A stretch of DNA of 19,695 bases from an uncultured Thermoleophilia bacterium (GTDB lineage Bacteria; Actinomycetota; Thermoleophilia; UBA2241), in contig CAVQSP010000006.1 in NCBI GenBank assembly GCA_963715985.1, positions 1-19,695 of the forward strand, read 5' to 3'. Within the stretch, counting starts at the first letter, position 1; every line of letters begins with the position of its first letter. The notes beneath the pieces are model-generated. The model worked only from the letters and a program-made list of their open reading frames with translations. It ran no database searches and was not told the origin of the DNA. Made by a program: the position numbers and the translations under genes. Of the stretch, positions 17,587-19,695 are shown piece after piece.

Positions 17587-18615
17587 TCACGAGGCCATGA
17601 TCTGATCGATGATGCGCACCGGGTCGGCGATGTCGGCGGTGCAGCCGGCCGAGCAGCGGCCGCAGCCGACGCACGCCGGCCCGCCCAGCTTCTCGTTCAG
17701 GTACGTCGCCTTGCGCATCATGCGGTGGCGGAAGCGCGAGGCCCGCTCCTCACGGAAGTTCTCGCAGGCGCCCTCGCCGAGCGAGCACTTGGCGAAGTCC
17801 TCGGTGAGGCAGCCGTCCCAGTAGCGCGTGCGCTGCCCCGACGTCTGGTCGACGTTCCACGTGTCCTGCACGTCGAAGCAGTAGCAGGTCGGGCAGACCG
17901 TGTTGCACGTGCCGCAGGAGAAGCAGTCGGCAGCCATGGTCGCCCACATCTCTTCGTTGCCGAAGGCGGCGCGCACCTTGGCGGCGATGTCCTCGGTGCT
18001 GTGCTCCAGCTTCTCGGGGCACTGCTCGAGCGCCGCGGCGTTCACGTCTGCCGCCTCCTTGATCTGCGCCTCGGAGGCCGGATGGAAGGCGCCGTACTCC
18101 AGCAACGCCTCGCCGCGCTCGGTCAGCGGCTCGAACACGTAGCCGTAGCCGAGCGCCGTCATGAAGGCGTCGTGGCCCTTGGGCTGCACGTCCGCACCGA
18201 CCGTGGCGAAGAACGCACGCTTGGAGACGTTCTGCATGTTCGAGGCGACGATGGTGGTGGTCTGGCGATGCGCCATGTAGTTGACGTCGTAGTTGCGCTC
18301 CGAGAAGAGGAGGTCGGTCTGGTCGATCGCCTTGACGTCGTAGAAGTGGACGCCGAGGAGGACCTTCTCGGTCGGCTCCAGCGGGGCTCTGAACCCGTTT
18401 CCGTCGAACTGGACCAGGTCCTGCGCGGGCGGGAAGAAGAGCTTCTTCGGCGGCAGGATGGAGACGTCGTAGTCGAGCCGCAGCTCGTCCGGCGTCTCCA
18501 GGCGCTCGAAGGCAAAGCGCGAGCGTTTGGCCACCGGTCCGTAGACCGGGCCCGCCTCGATCATGGCGGTCACAAACGCGGCAAAGTCGTCACTCCTGAT
18601 GAATGAGGCAGTCAT
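17587..18615 (-). CDS. hydB: Group 3b hydrogenase beta subunit (2x[4Fe-4S])
   Basis: ILPPKKLFFP, CFSCGTCNTVCPTCYCF, RYWDGC, RFRHR, CVGCGRCSAGC; first gene of the beta-gamma-delta-alpha order. Confidence 0.92.
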   Translation of the reverse strand: MTASFIRSDDFAAFVTAMIEAGPVYGPVAKRSRFAFERLETPDELRLDYDVSILPPKKLFFPPAQDLVQFDGNGFRAPLEPTEKVLLGVHFYDVKAIDQTDLLFSERNYDVNYMAHRQTTTIVASNMQNVSKRAFFATVGADVQPKGHDAFMTALGYGYVFEPLTERGEALLEYGAFHPASEAQIKEAADVNAAALEQCPEKLEHSTEDIAAKVRAAFGNEEMWATMAADCFSCGTCNTVCPTCYCFDVQDTWNVDQTSGQRTRYWDGCLTEDFAKCSLGEGACENFREERASRFRHRMMRKATYLNEKLGGPACVGCGRCSAGCTADIADPVRIIDQIMAS

Positions 18616-18870
18616 CGGACCTCGCTAGGTTGAGCACGTCTCTCTCCTGCAGCGGGCGAGCGGCCGGTGGGGACGGTCTGGCCCGTTGCGGTGAGAACGT
18701 CGGGAATCGGCGCACGAAGACGCATTCCGTGCTGCGCTGGCGTCGTGAGCGGCGGTGTCAGGTCGGCGGCATGCATGTGCTCCACAGCGAAATGCGCTCG
18801 CAGCGTGCAAGCTTGCCAGGTTCCTCCTTTCGGGCCCGCTGGTACAGGATGTGCAGGATAGGCTACCTGA

Positions 18871-18892
18871 TTGCGAAAGCCGTCACAATATA
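18871..18892 (-). promoter_or_regulatory. Rex/CRP-like operator adjoining a putative -10 box upstream of the hydrogenase operon
   Basis: Minus strand TATA-TTGTGACGGCTTTCGCAA: one mismatch to TGTGA-N6-TCACA and two to TTGTGAA-N4-TTCACAA; -10-like TATATT at 18892-18887. Confidence 0.55.
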
Positions 18893-19027
18893 GGAGCGCA
18901 CCTGATTTGGGGGGGCCTGCGTCCTGGTGTATGCGCACGTGGTCGGGCGACTGCACAGGACCCGGGGGAAGGGCGGCAGGCGCGCGGCGCCACGGAGGCG
19001 GGGATCCTGCGCGAAGGGGGAGGAGTC

Positions 19028-19103
19028 TGGAGCCCGGTCGCGGATTCGAACCGCGGACCCCCTCCTTACCATGGAGGTGCTCTGCCGACTGAGCTAACCG
19101 GGC
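19028..19103 (-). tRNA. tRNA-Thr(GGT)
   Basis: 76-nt cloverleaf GCCCGGT...CCTCC-AT-GGT-AA-GGAGG...GTTCGAATC...ACCGGGC-T-CCA. Confidence 0.97.
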
Positions 19104-19107
19104 CTGC

Positions 19108-19191
19108 TGGTGGGGGAGCCAGGATTTGAACCTGGGTAGGCTGCGCCAACGGATTTACAGTCCGCCCCCTTAACCACTCGGGCACTCCCCC
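19108..19191 (-). tRNA. tRNA-Tyr(GTA)
   Basis: GGGGGAGTGCCCGAGTGG...GCGGA-CT-GTA-AA-TCCGT, long variable arm, GTTCAAATC, ends ACCA. Confidence 0.96.
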
Positions 19192-19204
19192 GGGAGCGCG
19201 CAAG

Positions 19205-19233
19205 AGGCTACAGGAAAGAGGTGAGGCTTTCAA
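19205..19233 (-). promoter_or_regulatory. Putative promoter of the tRNA-Tyr/Thr pair
   Basis: Minus strand TTGAAA-17 nt-TAGCCT just upstream of tRNA-Tyr. Confidence 0.6.
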
Positions 19234-19340
19234 CCGACTGAAGAGGCCTTCGTGGAGTCCTCTGAAGAAGGCGTGACAGGCGGAGCGGACGGTGCGCGCC
19301 GGTCGCGGCGGAGGCCCGCCGGACCGCCTTGGGTGCAGGA

Positions 19341-19369
19341 TTGAGCCCCCTCTGCGCCTGTGATACCTT
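19341..19369 (+). promoter_or_regulatory. Putative promoter of tRNA-Met
   Basis: TTGAGC-17 nt-TACCTT with an extended -10 TG. Confidence 0.55.
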
Positions 19370-19382
19370 ATGCATCCGCCGT

Positions 19383-19459
19383 GGCGGCGTAGCTCAGCTG
19401 GTCAGAGCAGCGGAATCATAATCCGCGTGTCGTAGGTTCGAGTCCTACCGCCGCTACCA
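19383..19459 (+). tRNA. tRNA-Met(CAT), elongator type
   Basis: 77-nt cloverleaf GGCGGCG...GCGGA-AT-CAT-AA-TCCGC...GTTCGAG...CGCCGCT-A-CCA. The 1:72 bases are paired and there is no triple G-C anticodon stem, so it is not the initiator. Confidence 0.93.
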
Positions 19460-19480
19460 CGCTTCTCCAGCCCTCTTCCC

Positions 19481-19695
19481 TCAGCCCTCAGCGCCGGTCG
19501 CGGTGCCAGGTGTCACGCCAGGTGACGATGCCGTGAGGGCGTTCATGCGTTCGGTCATGCGCTGCTTCTCATCCATGCCCGGTGCACGGAGGTGCGTAGG
19601 GTGATACCGGCGTCGGAATGGCCCATCGCCTCGGCTACCGCCTTGGGTGAGCCGCCGGCCGCCATCTGGATCCTGCCGAAGCTGTGACGCAGGTC
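19481..19695 (-). mobile_element. C-terminal fragment of a tyrosine recombinase/integrase (truncated by the window edge, possibly degenerate) abutting the tRNA-Met 3' end
   Basis: Manual translation from 19695 gives DLRHSFGRIQMAAGGSPKAVAEAMGHSDAGITLRTSVH, i.e. box II LRH...GH...IT..Y. Stop at 19555 as read, or at 19481 if one base is restored near 19581. Confidence 0.8.

Noticed and set aside
16735-18615. Anaerobic sulfite reductase asrA/asrB
   Set aside because: These families are homologous, but there is no asrC and the genes are followed by [NiFe] small and large subunits.
1-19103. Two same-strand tRNA-Thr genes flanking the locus as attL/attR of a hydrogenase island
   Set aside because: They are different complete isoacceptors (CGT and GGT) with different acceptor and T stems, so they are not a duplicated att core. 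The integrase lies beyond tRNA-Met.
1-19695. CRISPR array or insertion sequence
   Set aside because: No regularly spaced repeats, transposase motifs or terminal inverted repeats were seen.

Overview
High-GC bacterial window bounded by tRNA genes: tRNA-Thr(CGT) at the left edge, and tRNA-Thr(GGT), tRNA-Tyr(GTA) and tRNA-Met(CAT) at the right. The core is a complete cytoplasmic group 3b (sulfhydrogenase-type, beta-gamma-delta-alpha) [NiFe]-hydrogenase operon plus maturation protease on the minus strand. It faces a plus-strand block made of a degenerate GT2-fold/Zn-ribbon protein, hypFCDE, a saccharopine dehydrogenase-like gene and a three-gene flavin/Fe-S amine or imino-acid dehydrogenase (sarcosine oxidase/proline dehydrogenase/HcnABC superfamily). 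Regulators are a NarL/LuxR response regulator with Glu at the phospho-acceptor site, a stand-alone receiver, and a soluble histidine kinase whose only input is a Rossmann-like domain. Rex/CRP-like palindromes overlap three promoter regions. The C-terminus of a tyrosine integrase abuts tRNA-Met. About nine single-base frameshifts without in-frame stops suggest long-read sequencing errors, so split genes are treated as probably intact. All calls come from motif reading by eye; no searches were run.
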